This document shows, piece after piece, positions 41,483-52,002 of a stretch of DNA of 64,000 bases (the stretch's first letter is position 1; each line of letters begins with the position of its first letter). The notes beneath the pieces were generated by a model. The model was given only the letters and a program-made list of their open reading frames with translations. It made no database searches and was not told the origin of the DNA. Made by a program: the position numbers and the translations under genes. The stretch is from a virus, in the IMG/VR virus record IMGVR_UViG_3300001199_000004; one strand, given 5' to 3'.

Positions 41483-41965
41483 TTACAAACCTTCAATTCT
41501 AGTTCTAGTTATATTCTCAATCTTCCCAATGAATTCATCAGTGCAAGATTGAATTGTTTTTTCTTGTTTTTTTAGTTCGTCCTCAGCCAAACCTTGACGA
41601 ACTTTCTTGCGAATATTTCTAATAGAAACCTTCGATTCTTCTTCAAATTTCTTGATTTGCTTAACAACCTTGGCTTTTTCTTCCAAGCAAATAGGTGCAG
41701 CACTTACCACAACCATATGCTTGCCACTGCTGTAAGCAGAGAACCCAGAACGTTTAATGGCCTCTACCACCTTACCAGAAACTTGGTTATCGGACAAGAG
41801 AATACTAATGCCATTCTTGATGGGATTAGAGAACCCAAGAGTACCAATTGGTGTCATATTTCCATAATATTCCACCTTAATCATGTCAATTAAGGCTGGA
41901 CTGACCGTAGTAGAGTGAATCTTACTAATCTGATCTTCAAACAATATAAAACTTTTTTGCATCAA
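41483..41965 (-). CDS. frr: Ribosome recycling factor
   Basis: SPALIDMIKVEYYG..TPI, EESKVSIRNIR, IQSCTDEFI. Confidence 0.85.
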   Translation of the reverse strand: MMQKSFILFEDQISKIHSTTVSPALIDMIKVEYYGNMTPIGTLGFSNPIKNGISILLSDNQVSGKVVEAIKRSGFSAYSSGKHMVVVSAAPICLEEKAKVVKQIKKFEEESKVSIRNIRKKVRQGLAEDELKKQEKTIQSCTDEFIGKIENITRTRIEGL

Positions 41966-43172
41966 ACTGCGAACATCATTAGCACAACATAAAACTCTCC
42001 TAAAAGTTATTTTTCACGCCAAGCTTTTTTGGCTTCTTCCAACTGCTCATTTGTATATTTACGACTTTTATTGTTTAATTCAACAATAATTTTGCTCCGA
42101 TTGTCCCGCAATTCATTTATAAACGGCGTGCCATATTTAGCCATCTTTTCTTCGGAATAATTGCGAATAACTAAATGATATCGGTCAATTTCTATATCTG
42201 CTTGTTGCAACAGATTGGTTAATTCTACTTTATTTAATTCTGAAAGGCTAGCAAGTCCTGTTTTTAAATCCATTTGATTACTTCCGTATTTTAGGGACAG
42301 GCATTCTCACTAAGCAACCTTCCATTGCTCCACAACAAAGAAAATAAGGAACTAAGAAAATGGCCCTAAACCAATTCATAGCAGGCTCATTTTTGAATGC
42401 CAATTGAAGGATATGATCAATTAACGATAATGGATAGAAAACAAATATCTTCAATAAATGGTAAATTATAAAATAAATCATTTGTGCAACATCTCAAATA
42501 GGTCCAACATTTTATTCATCTCTTCAAAAGAGTATCGTCCTGAAAGAATATCTTGTTTTAAGCTATTTGACACATCGTTTTTAAGCACTACTCTGGCCTG
42601 CTGCCCTTCATCCATCCTTCGGTAGTCCATAAACTTACGATGCCAATAAGCAGTTTTTTGTTCCTTCTCCCAAGATTCTCTTTCGTGTCGTTCATCTATT
42701 TCCGCCAAATATTCTTGAAATTCAGGCTGTTTTTGAAAATAAGCAAACGATCCATAATCTCTTCCTTTATAGTAAAACTTGGGGGTTGGCTTAGGACGGA
42801 GATATCCTCTTTTTCTGTACAGATCTTCTTTAATACGTAATGCAGCCCATTGTTTCGCGTTTTCAAGCTCTGCTTCTTTTCTTTCTATTCCTAAAGTTAA
42901 AACTCTGTCATCATAAGTTTTTTCAGCATCTAAATTTTCAATTCTCTTCTCAAACAACTGCTTTTTGGTAATCTTAGGAGCTTGTGGTCTAGGAGCAGTA
43001 TAATAGTAATAGGTGTTAAAACTTGGATAGATATAAGGACGATATCCCCATTGCCCATAAGAAACGCTAGGGAACAATATAACGAGCAATATAATTATTT
43101 TCTGCATGAGAACCTTCCAAATTTTATAAATTGTCGTCATTGCACCATACTTTACTTCAAAATCACCAAATG

Positions 43173-44009
43173 TCAAGAAATATTGTCAAAATCCTCTCTC
43201 ATTAAGTTCCTTTCCTCAATCACTGCCTTCAAAACTTGATTAGGAGACAAATTATCAGCCATAAACTCAGCCAAAGCATTCGTATCCTTGGGGAAACATA
43301 AACCACCATAACTAATTTGACCGTCTGGACCAGGGATTGTTGTGTGTTGGGGGTTAATCCACCCATTAGCCAACATTAAATCCTTCACATTCTGATAATC
43401 CACAGATATTTTTTGACACAAAACATAGAATTCAGTGAACATCTGTACCTTGGCAGCATAAAAACAATTACAGAACAATTTCATGCATTCTGACTCGGTG
43501 GAAGTACAAACAGAGATTTTAGCCTCAAAATTGTCCTTATAAAAATCAATTAGTGGTTGAACATTATCTTGGGTTTTACCAATGATAATGTGTTTTTGAT
43601 TCAGAAAATCATCATTAGCTGTTCTAGCTGTTAAAAACTCTGGATTGTGGGCAATATTCAACCCATAATATTCTTGGTACTTTTTAGTAGTTTCTGGCTC
43701 GACCGTACTTTTTAATACGATTAATCCCTTAAAATCATGTTGTTTGAGTCTATCTAAAGTCTCTACAATTGGACTTTTATCATATTCTTTTTTATCTTGA
43801 TTATAAACCGTAGGTAAAGCCAAAAAAAGAATATCAGAATTTAGAATATCACTAAAAAACCCTATTTCTTTATATTTGTCATAAACAAACAATTGTTCTG
43901 AATTAAATTCTTTAGCAATAAGGGCATTTTGTATGGCTGTTCCAACAAATCCCAAACCAATTATTCCTATTTTTATCATTATGTGTGACCTTTTTTGTTG
44001 TTTCGGCAA
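43173..44009 (-). CDS. UDP-glucose/GDP-mannose 6-dehydrogenase family (short form)
   Basis: IGIIGLGFVG, LKSTV, HNPEFL, E..KLFCN, YGGLCFPKD. Confidence 0.88.
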   Translation of the reverse strand: MPKQQKRSHIMIKIGIIGLGFVGTAIQNALIAKEFNSEQLFVYDKYKEIGFFSDILNSDILFLALPTVYNQDKKEYDKSPIVETLDRLKQHDFKGLIVLKSTVEPETTKKYQEYYGLNIAHNPEFLTARTANDDFLNQKHIIIGKTQDNVQPLIDFYKDNFEAKISVCTSTESECMKLFCNCFYAAKVQMFTEFYVLCQKISVDYQNVKDLMLANGWINPQHTTIPGPDGQISYGGLCFPKDTNALAEFMADNLSPNQVLKAVIEERNLMREDFDNIS

Positions 44010-44052
44010 CTAATATATGTATGGCTTATTTACATCATAGGAGAGTAAATTT

Positions 44053-44247
44053 ATGAACATTATGTTGAATTCAGAAGAGTGGAAGAGCATTTTAAAGGGG
44101 ACTTTGGTCGCTGCAGTTGGTGCAGGATTGACCTATTTGGCTCAAACCGTTGGCGGATTAGATTTCGGAACTGCAACCCCAGCCGTCGTCGCGGTCTTGT
44201 CCGTAGCCGTCAACTACCTCAGAAAAGCATTTAATATTGCCGCTTAA
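44053..44247 (+). CDS. Small two-TM membrane protein (holin-like)
   Basis: Strong SD AGGAG, two hydrophobic helices, basic C-terminus. Confidence 0.4.
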   Translation: MNIMLNSEEWKSILKGTLVAAVGAGLTYLAQTVGGLDFGTATPAVVAVLSVAVNYLRKAFNIAA

Positions 44248-44544
44248 ATTAAGGTTTTCTTTTGGAAGAAATAATGCCTTCCAGAATAAAAACTTCTTTG
44301 TCCAATATTGTTGAGAATATAGCCCCAAAGATTGGCTTTTAAGTCGTCTTTGGGGCTTTTTATTACAACAGTGGCGTTTTTAAATACCTGTTTTTTATCT
44401 TCACAAATCACAATTAAATGAGCTTTAGGTTTTAACTCTAAAATAGCATCTACGGCTTCTTGCAATCCCCTTTTTGTCCTCGTCGTCTTTTTGTACAAAC
44501 TTAAAACCTATTTTTTTCTCCATGCTATATTTATGATTTAAAAC

Positions 44545-44576
44545 AAAAAAAGACAGTGACCAAAATCACTGTCTTT
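44545..44576 (-). terminator. Intrinsic terminator
   Basis: AAAGACAGTGA-ccaaaa-TCACTGTCTTT, with a U-tract on the minus strand. Confidence 0.8.
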
Positions 44577-44905
44577 CATGTTTATGGGTTTTTTGTTTTA
44601 CTTATGATTTTCCCATCAGGAGAAAACTGAACTACTTCAGCACCTGGAGTGGAAGCGTCAGAAAGACCACAAACATATCCTTGATCATATCCAATGGCAT
44701 AGCTTTCTAATACAGCCATGCCACGCCATTGATAAACCCCATAGCCATACCCAACAGCCAATCCTAAAATTATGAATCCAATATTAAATGCCATTTTCAT
44801 ATTATATCCTTTATTCGTGTGGTCCAAACAACCAACTTATTCCAATATAGCACAAAGCAACAATAGCTCCACCTATTGCTCCACAAATCATTGATAGTAA
44901 AAAAT

Positions 44906-45826
44906 TCATAATTTTCCTGCTGCTGCAGCAGCTTTAAGTTTGTTGTCAAGATCTATCAAATAATCCCGTCCATATGTTTTATTTTCCAAACCAGAATAAA
45001 GGTTTTCTGGTAAGTCATTGACAAATTCTTTACAATTCGATGCGATAGACAAAGCAATGCAAGCTACCGTATCTGTGTCTCCACTATAAGAAACACTTTC
45101 TTTAAGAATACCAGATAATGTTTTATTGTTGAATATAGCGGTTCTTGCCGCTCGAACACAGGGAATAGCTAGAGCATCCACTTTAGAACCGTCCCAAGGC
45201 TCCAAAATTGGCGTTGTAATCAATCCAACATCATTATATTGCTTATGTCCCAAACTTAATTCGGAAAGCCATTCGTCTACGTTTTTTAATGGCCCACAGT
45301 CATAAATAAAATAATGAGACATTAAAGCTACAACTAAAGAAGATTCTACTCCTTCAACAGAATCATGGGTTACAGAAGCTTGAACATATGCCATTTCAAT
45401 TACTTCTTTCAATATTTTAATATACCCAATAGGAGCAGCACGCATAGCAGCCCCTGACCTGTTGCTTTTACCACCTATTTTAGAAAGCAATTCTTTCCCA
45501 TTTTCTGAATTTAAGAGTAAATTCAGAAAAGCGGTTGTGTACCCTCTTCTTTGGTCCCGCTTGAAACATTCAACGAATTTATTGGCGAATGATAATTTAC
45601 TCCTGATGTTTAATAATTTGCTTCCGGGGCCGCTTAGTAATGTTTCGGCAACCCCAATCATCATTTGGGTATCATCAGTGTAGTTGCCAGGAGGGATTAG
45701 TCCTGGTTGGTATTCTTTATATTCTAAGAAATTTGGTTTATCTAAATGTGGGGCAATTTCTTCTTGTTCAAGTCCCCATTCAAATAATCCACCAAATGCG
45801 TCTCCTATCGCGGCCTCTACTAACAT
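44906..45826 (-). CDS. ADP-ribosylglycohydrolase (DraG/ARH family)
   Basis: AIGDAFG, YTDDTQM, SGAAMRAAP, VTH, GDTDTVA. Confidence 0.93.
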   Translation of the reverse strand: MLVEAAIGDAFGGLFEWGLEQEEIAPHLDKPNFLEYKEYQPGLIPPGNYTDDTQMMIGVAETLLSGPGSKLLNIRSKLSFANKFVECFKRDQRRGYTTAFLNLLLNSENGKELLSKIGGKSNRSGAAMRAAPIGYIKILKEVIEMAYVQASVTHDSVEGVESSLVVALMSHYFIYDCGPLKNVDEWLSELSLGHKQYNDVGLITTPILEPWDGSKVDALAIPCVRAARTAIFNNKTLSGILKESVSYSGDTDTVACIALSIASNCKEFVNDLPENLYSGLENKTYGRDYLIDLDNKLKAAAAAGKL

Positions 45827-47603
45827 GTGTGTTCCTAAATTAGATTTTCAAATTCAATACAAACAGATTTGCCTTGACTAATTAAAATTGCCTGATTGAT
45901 GGGCATGTTTGACTTTTTGTAAATATAAAAATTACTTTTAATTGTAGGGCAAACACCAACATAATCCATATTGCCAATAGAAGAAATAACTACTGCATGC
46001 TTTAATATTGTTGTTGTTTCAAATATTGAGGAAACATTTGGACTGGTTATTAAATCTACATGGAGTGAATTGGCTAAATCCTTTTAAACAACCACATATA
46101 AAAATCTAACTAAATCATCAAATCTTTCTTCAAGCGTATTTCCAATTACTAAACTAAAATCCCATTTACGTGTTTCCATCTTTTTTATCCTTTTCAGATT
46201 CTCTTTCAAACTCGCGACCCATTGCCACTAAACCAAGCCAACAAAAAACCATGCCCATTGCCACTAAACCAATACTTATAACCCAAGCTATCATTTGTTT
46301 TCTTCCTCAAATTTTGCGTCAAATGCGTCAAATTCTCTTCGTTCTTGTCTAATGGTTAAACATACATTATGCAACAAAGCACTTAGATCAAGCCAACAAG
46401 CACCCATAGTAACTTTTTCATTCCAAGATTTAAATCTTGGTAAATCAGAAAGAACTTCCCAACAAAGCTTATTTATATCGCACAATGAAAACATTCCAAA
46501 ACCATAATCATCAAATTTAGAACGAATGCAAGCTGTTAAAAAAGATACTGCTTCTTCTAACCCAGGAGCGTGAGCGGGTGGAGTATCTTTTTCATAGCCT
46601 GCAAATTGTTTGATTAGCCAATAAGCCAACGCTCCCGTTATGTCACGATAACTTGTTAATCTTTTTGTGTTCCATTCAATATTATCAGAAAGACGTTCAT
46701 ATGTCTCTGGTGTGTTGGCAATTGCAGCATTTAATTCATTAATGCAAGCTTCATTCAAAAATCCATCTTCAGTGAATAATGTGTTTTCAAGAAAAGGAAT
46801 TTCAATTTTCGTATATTGTCTGTCTGATTTGTTTTCCATATTTATGAAGAAAATTGTTTATTTTTAAGAAATTCAAATAAAAAACAACTATTATTGTTTG
46901 CAGTTCTTGCATAACTCAAACAATCTATTTCAAATTTTTTAATTTCATTTTTTCTAAAATTGTATTTAATTATTGGATGCTCTAAATCAATTTTACTATC
47001 ATCTAATGTATTAAAAACCTTGCCAATTTCCAATAAATTATCTAATTTAGTCAATCTTAATTCCCACAAATTTTCCTCTAAAATAAACCCATTTGATTTA
47101 ACATAAACTAGCTCTGGAATGTATTGCGAATTACATTCGTGAGGCAATTTGTAATACATTTCCAATTTAAGTTGAAAATTAACATTAGAGTTTTTTAGAA
47201 ACAAAACTTCAACATCAACATTTGTTCCTTCTGGTTTAATAAGACGATCACCAAAATACAAATCAATGTCAATAAATTTACCTAAAGGTTTTAATTTATA
47301 ATAACTATTTCTCATTTTGTTCATCTTTTGGTTTTGAAATTAAATCAGGCAAAACATTCCCTGGGCATTTTAAATTATGAAAATCGTCAATATCTCCGGT
47401 GCCATTATTCATGGCACGATCTTTGCTTCGTTGTATTATTTCTTCTTTTTGAACTTTTTCAATTTCAATTTCTTCAATTGTAACTTCATTGATTATTTTC
47501 TCATCTTTACATAAAATTTCTTCTTCATTGATTTTTTTATCATTATCCATTGGCATTTTTCCTTTGTTTCTATATTTTATTAAAACAAATTATCTAAATC
47601 AAT

Positions 47604-47641
47604 AAAAAAACCACCAATTATAAAAATAATTGGTGGTTTTT
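47604..47641 (-). terminator. Terminator directly 3' of tmRNA
   Basis: AAAAACCACCAATTAT-aaaa-ATAATTGGTGGTTTTT. Confidence 0.88.
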
Positions 47642-47642
47642 A

Positions 47643-47996
47643 TGGAGATGGCGAGTATCGAACTCGCGTATCTGTACAGCTAAATTAATTGCTTTCTACG
47701 ATGTTTATCTTTATTGTTCATCTTAATTATAAAAACCACATAAAAGCTAAGGTTTTTACAAAGCGACGACTTATTTTTTAATTTCTCTTTAATCGCACAA
47801 AGAGAAACGATTCAAATTTTATGACAAGTTTTCGGACGCCTTTGAAATTAGCTTCCTGAACCAGTCGCAGGTTATTAAGCTGCGAGTGCGAAAGTTTCGC
47901 CGTTTAAGGCTTTTAATCGAATTTTAACGTGGCCACTCGATTAACCACGACATGCAACAATTAACTCACTCTGCCAGTCGATTCCAATTCATCCCC
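47643..47996 (-). ncRNA. ssrA: tmRNA (354 nt); predicted tag (A)GETFALAA
   Basis: 5' GGGGATG pairs with 3' CATCTCC-A including G3:U70; T-loop GTTCGAT; tag ORF GGC GAA ACT TTC GCA CTC GCA GCT TAA TAA at 47901-47872; CCA not encoded. Confidence 0.95.
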
Positions 47997-48033
47997 GTTT
48001 AACTGGCCAAGGAAACCCTAGCCAGTGTTTTCA

Positions 48034-48062
48034 CTTATAGGCAATTTACAATTTTGTGTAAA
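48034..48062 (-). promoter_or_regulatory. Sigma70-type promoter of tmRNA
   Basis: TTTACA-N17-TATAAG; the leader contains a hairpin at 48002-48026. Confidence 0.65.
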
Positions 48063-48065
48063 CCC

Positions 48066-48686
48066 CTATTTGTTATCATTTTCAAGTTCACATTCCCAAT
48101 AACTTGCCGAGAGAAACGATCTCCATGACTCTGCTCTGTACTCACCCAAAACCAAATTGTATTTTGGACGAACAGGAACTTTTTTCAATTTCATGCCTGC
48201 TTCTTCTGGTGTTTTATCTGCCTTTCTTGTATTGCACTTAATGCACGCAAGAACGCAGTTTTCCCAAGTTGACAGACCACCCCTAGAACGTGGCTGAACG
48301 TGATCAATATTCAACAACTCACTTGCAAACTTCTTGTTACAGTATTGGCAAGTGTAATCATCACGCTTATACAACGTTCTACGGCTGAAATGTACCCGTG
48401 GTCTTGGAACCTTATCATATTTAGTCAATTGAATGACTTCAGGGATTCTGAAGATTGCATTAATAGACTTGATGTGTTCTTCACCAGTTTTAGGTAAAAT
48501 AGCCGACCAATCACTCCAGGTAATACCTTGGAAATCATTGGCACAGTCAATAATTTTAGCTTTAGGCTCTCCGTCATCGTAATAAGCAAAAACTTTGTTT
48601 AAGGCATCCTTAAGTGGGATAACCTTAATCGCTTGCCACGATTTATTTAATACTAAAACCTTTTTTCTTGTTAATAAGCCGACCAC
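48066..48686 (-). CDS. HNH endonuclease (McrA/HNH_5-like)
   Basis: VLVLNKSW, FSRRTLYKRDDYTCQYC, NIDHVQPRSRGG.STWENCVLACIKCN. Confidence 0.93.
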   Translation of the reverse strand: MVGLLTRKKVLVLNKSWQAIKVIPLKDALNKVFAYYDDGEPKAKIIDCANDFQGITWSDWSAILPKTGEEHIKSINAIFRIPEVIQLTKYDKVPRPRVHFSRRTLYKRDDYTCQYCNKKFASELLNIDHVQPRSRGGLSTWENCVLACIKCNTRKADKTPEEAGMKLKKVPVRPKYNLVLGEYRAESWRSFLSASYWECELENDNK

Positions 48687-48737
48687 AAATCACCTTTATG
48701 CTTTTCAGAGCTACCGCTGAATCGGTTCATCCATCTT

Positions 48738-48745
48738 TATTTATA
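48738..48745 (-). promoter_or_regulatory. T4-like late promoter box TATAAATA
   Basis: Exact T4 late consensus upstream of the HNH gene. Confidence 0.55.
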
Positions 48746-48774
48746 CTGTAATAATAGTTATTTTCAAGGAAATA

Positions 48775-49221
48775 TTACAACAGTTTTAAATGTCCAGTAA
48801 TTTCATCTATGTCAGCACTTAAATTAGGCCCAATGGCACAACAAGTATTTGTTGGAACCCCATGAAACTCCGTCAATCCGCTATCGCAGATCAAATGAGC
48901 TTCTAAACCTTTTTCTTTTGCCTTGTTATAAATATTAAGCAATTCCTGCTCTGATTCAACTCTCACACAAATTTTCTTGAAATTTCCGTATATCCAGGCT
49001 TCTTGTTCTGGAGATAAAAGTTCATTTTGAATAAGATTACGCATCAATTGTGAACGTGAGCCACTAGATGATTTTGCAATGTTTTGAATAAAATGACTCA
49101 TCCAAGCTCCAGAAGCGTGTGCCCCTTGAGCTATTTTTTTTCCCAATCGCATGTTCAAATCGTGACGAATAACTATGGTTTGTTTAACGTTAATTTTTTC
49201 TGGTGTGTCTTGGTTTTCCAT
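48775..49221 (-). CDS. pth2: Peptidyl-tRNA hydrolase type 2
   Basis: KQTIVIRHDLNMRLGKKIAQGAHA, KKICVRV, DSGLTEF..PT.TCCAIGP. Confidence 0.95.
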   Translation of the reverse strand: MENQDTPEKINVKQTIVIRHDLNMRLGKKIAQGAHASGAWMSHFIQNIAKSSSGSRSQLMRNLIQNELLSPEQEAWIYGNFKKICVRVESEQELLNIYNKAKEKGLEAHLICDSGLTEFHGVPTNTCCAIGPNLSADIDEITGHLKLL

Positions 49222-50604
49222 TTTTTTTATTTCTTATTTACGTTGGCTGTTCACTAATTGATTCAAACCTTACAAATTCCCATCTTTCTCTATCATCACT
49301 TAAACAATATTGTGGGCGATTTCTTCCATTTGTAGTATTGACAGGAACAAAATGGTTCCCTGGATTGGCGTTAACTGTGTACCAAATTGTGCCATCATCT
49401 GGACCACCCACTACAACTGCACAGCTATTGCCATTAGCATCCTTCATCTTCATCACCATCATCTTCCATAGAGCCTTGGGACCACTTCAAAATCTGCAGT
49501 TCCATATCATGCCAACCAGAACCTTTGCCACGCCTATTAGCAATCATAGAAGTTAACAAAGTAGCAACTTCTAAATCATAAGCATCAAATTCTGCACCAG
49601 ATATAGGAGTTTTAATTAATTTTAACCACCATTTAGCATGATGTAAAGATTGTCGCCAATGTATTTGGCTACTCTTTTGACATTGTTTCTCATAATAGTC
49701 TACAAACTTTTGTGCTGCCACTTCATCATGATTAATTCCATCCATAGGCTCTTTAACAACACACACTTCATAATCTGGTTCGATAAATGAAGCGTAATTG
49801 TTTATATCTTCTGGATCATACTCGTGAATTGAACCTAAATTAACGGTTATTGAATTAAATCTCTCCTTGCCCACAAGGAACAAAGAGGTTTTCATATTGT
49901 AAATACCATCAGCTTCTACCCATTGACCACCAATAGGAAGTTCACGAAATTTTTTAATCATTTGTATTTACGTTCTTTCACAAATTCAGGTTCACAAAAA
50001 GAAACCTTAAAATTCCCACTAACTGACTCACAAATTCCACCATCACAAATTTTAATATCTTGTGGCACTAATTCCGCTCGTTGTTTATCTGTTAATTTAG
50101 ATTTGGCATACTCAACAATAAGCTTTTTCACTTCACCAGAAGTTACATGAATGGTTTCAAAATTATCCCAGATACTCTTAGTCGTCATAAGTGTGGATTC
50201 CTATTGGCAATTTCTCAAAACACTTTATATATTCAATCACATAATTCATCTAATTCGTTTAACAAAACTGCCAATTTTGGATCACGAACGTTGTTAATGC
50301 ACTTAATCATATCGTCAGCGACTTCATCTGAGATTGTACCAAGAACCATTTCGCGTTCAACATGACGGACAATTCTTGCTCGGTCCCAAATGACTTCTTG
50401 TGGTTCATTCATATTTTTTGTACTTTTCTATCGTCTTGTCTTCATTCGATTCCATTTCATCACAAAACTCTTTGGCTTCATCATACGTGTCAAAATGAAC
50501 TGGATCAAATAAATCTGGACGGTTAACGTAATTAACGCAAACAGTATTCCCATTTGCGTTAATTATACGATAGCCATACCATCTTGCTTCTTCAATTTTG
50601 TAAC

Positions 50605-52002
50605 TCAATGAAACTCCGTTCCACCCTTGCGAGCTAAATAATCAGCAGAAACAGACTTTACAATTCTCCTACCATTCAAAACACGGCAATAAGGAACTTC
50701 TACCGTTGGAGTACATACAATTCCTTCCCGACCACTAAACTTACCTGCAGCCTTAACATCACACATAGTCGTTGGGCCAGAGGTATGTAATTCCAAAATT
50801 TCCTTACTAAATGGTCCTCGATACAAAATCGGAACCATTTCAACGCCAAATTTTTCAAACAAATCCTTCTTCACATCATAAGACAAATACTTGTTGTTTA
50901 CAGCGATGTCAAATGCTCTAAAAGATTTCCCAGAAAACCCGTATGCCATATCTTGAATTCCCAAGCCTACAAGCTCCCCGAATACAATAACGCTATATTT
51001 AGGTTCTTCTGGTTCATATTCATTACGAATATAAATCAATAGTTCCTTAACATTATCAGTAAGTGGAAGCCAAAATTCAGAACGAACCAAAACAGGCTCA
51101 AAACAGTTTTCATTGTCTTTAACTTCAAAACACTGACACTTATCAACTACAGATTCATCATATCTTACAATCACACCCTCTTCAACTACAGGAGTTTTAA
51201 TGGGTTGTTCAAAAACATAATCAACTTGCCAAATTCGACCATTTTCATTGAAAATTGTCCCTGCAATTGGCGGTTCAGACAAAATACCATTTGCAATCAA
51301 CTCTTCAATACGATATCGAGTTTCAACCTTAGACCATTCTTTACGACGCACATCATGAGATCCAGCAGTGAAAACCCAATCTTTTTGGCCGTCTTCAAGA
51401 TCGTCAAGAATAAGACCAACTCTAGTGTTCTTACCATGAAGTTTTTCGGTATAAACAACTTCCGTTCCATCCTCAATGGCATTTGGATAATTAGCAAAGT
51501 TTTCAAGTTCCGTATAACGATGGAAAAACGTACTTGGTTTTTCTGCTTGCCCATCATTAGTAGGAGGCGGCGGATCATATTTGGTTACACCAAAATGTTC
51601 TGCAACATCTTGTCCGACTTCCCAATTGGGGTCATCGCCCCAAGTTGGGTCAATCTTCATAATCACACCATAGGAAACTTGTCCTCTTAAACGACAAGCA
51701 ACCACTCTTCCACCCTCGGGACGAATACCAAATTCATCCTTAGGAAGATGATGCAAATACTTCAAATTTCCCAATCTACCCTTGGGAGTATCATTAGGAC
51801 CATTACACAAAGCCAACGGCAAAATAGCATCAGGAGGAAAAAAGATGCATTTTTCGCCTTCTTGAAACTGAGCTACTTTGGAAATTGGGTCAAAAGTGAT
51901 ACAAACTTGCCAACCCTTAATGTGGGCTACGGCAAGCTTATCCGCATTTTCATGAGGTTCTACTTTGTCAACAGTACAAACTTCTACGATTAATTTGCTC
52001 AT
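50605..52002 (-). CDS. RNA ligase, DRB0094/Rnl5 family, with an internal insertion
   Basis: HENADKL, LRGQVSYG, YTEKLHG, FGEL.G.GIQ, FDI, REGIV, KSVSADYL. Confidence 0.9.
   Translation of the reverse strand: MSKLIVEVCTVDKVEPHENADKLAVAHIKGWQVCITFDPISKVAQFQEGEKCIFFPPDAILPLALCNGPNDTPKGRLGNLKYLHHLPKDEFGIRPEGGRVVACRLRGQVSYGVIMKIDPTWGDDPNWEVGQDVAEHFGVTKYDPPPPTNDGQAEKPSTFFHRYTELENFANYPNAIEDGTEVVYTEKLHGKNTRVGLILDDLEDGQKDWVFTAGSHDVRRKEWSKVETRYRIEELIANGILSEPPIAGTIFNENGRIWQVDYVFEQPIKTPVVEEGVIVRYDESVVDKCQCFEVKDNENCFEPVLVRSEFWLPLTDNVKELLIYIRNEYEPEEPKYSVIVFGELVGLGIQDMAYGFSGKSFRAFDIAVNNKYLSYDVKKDLFEKFGVEMVPILYRGPFSKEILELHTSGPTTMCDVKAAGKFSGREGIVCTPTVEVPYCRVLNGRRIVKSVSADYLARKGGTEFH

Noticed and set aside
46218-46272. 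19-nt direct repeat as a mini-CRISPR
   Set aside because: Only two copies with a 36-nt (in-frame) period, encoding GLVAMG twice in a small membrane ORF; no cas genes.
51076-51333. Intein in the RNA ligase
   Set aside because: No N-terminal Cys/Ser block and no His-Asn C-terminal junction.
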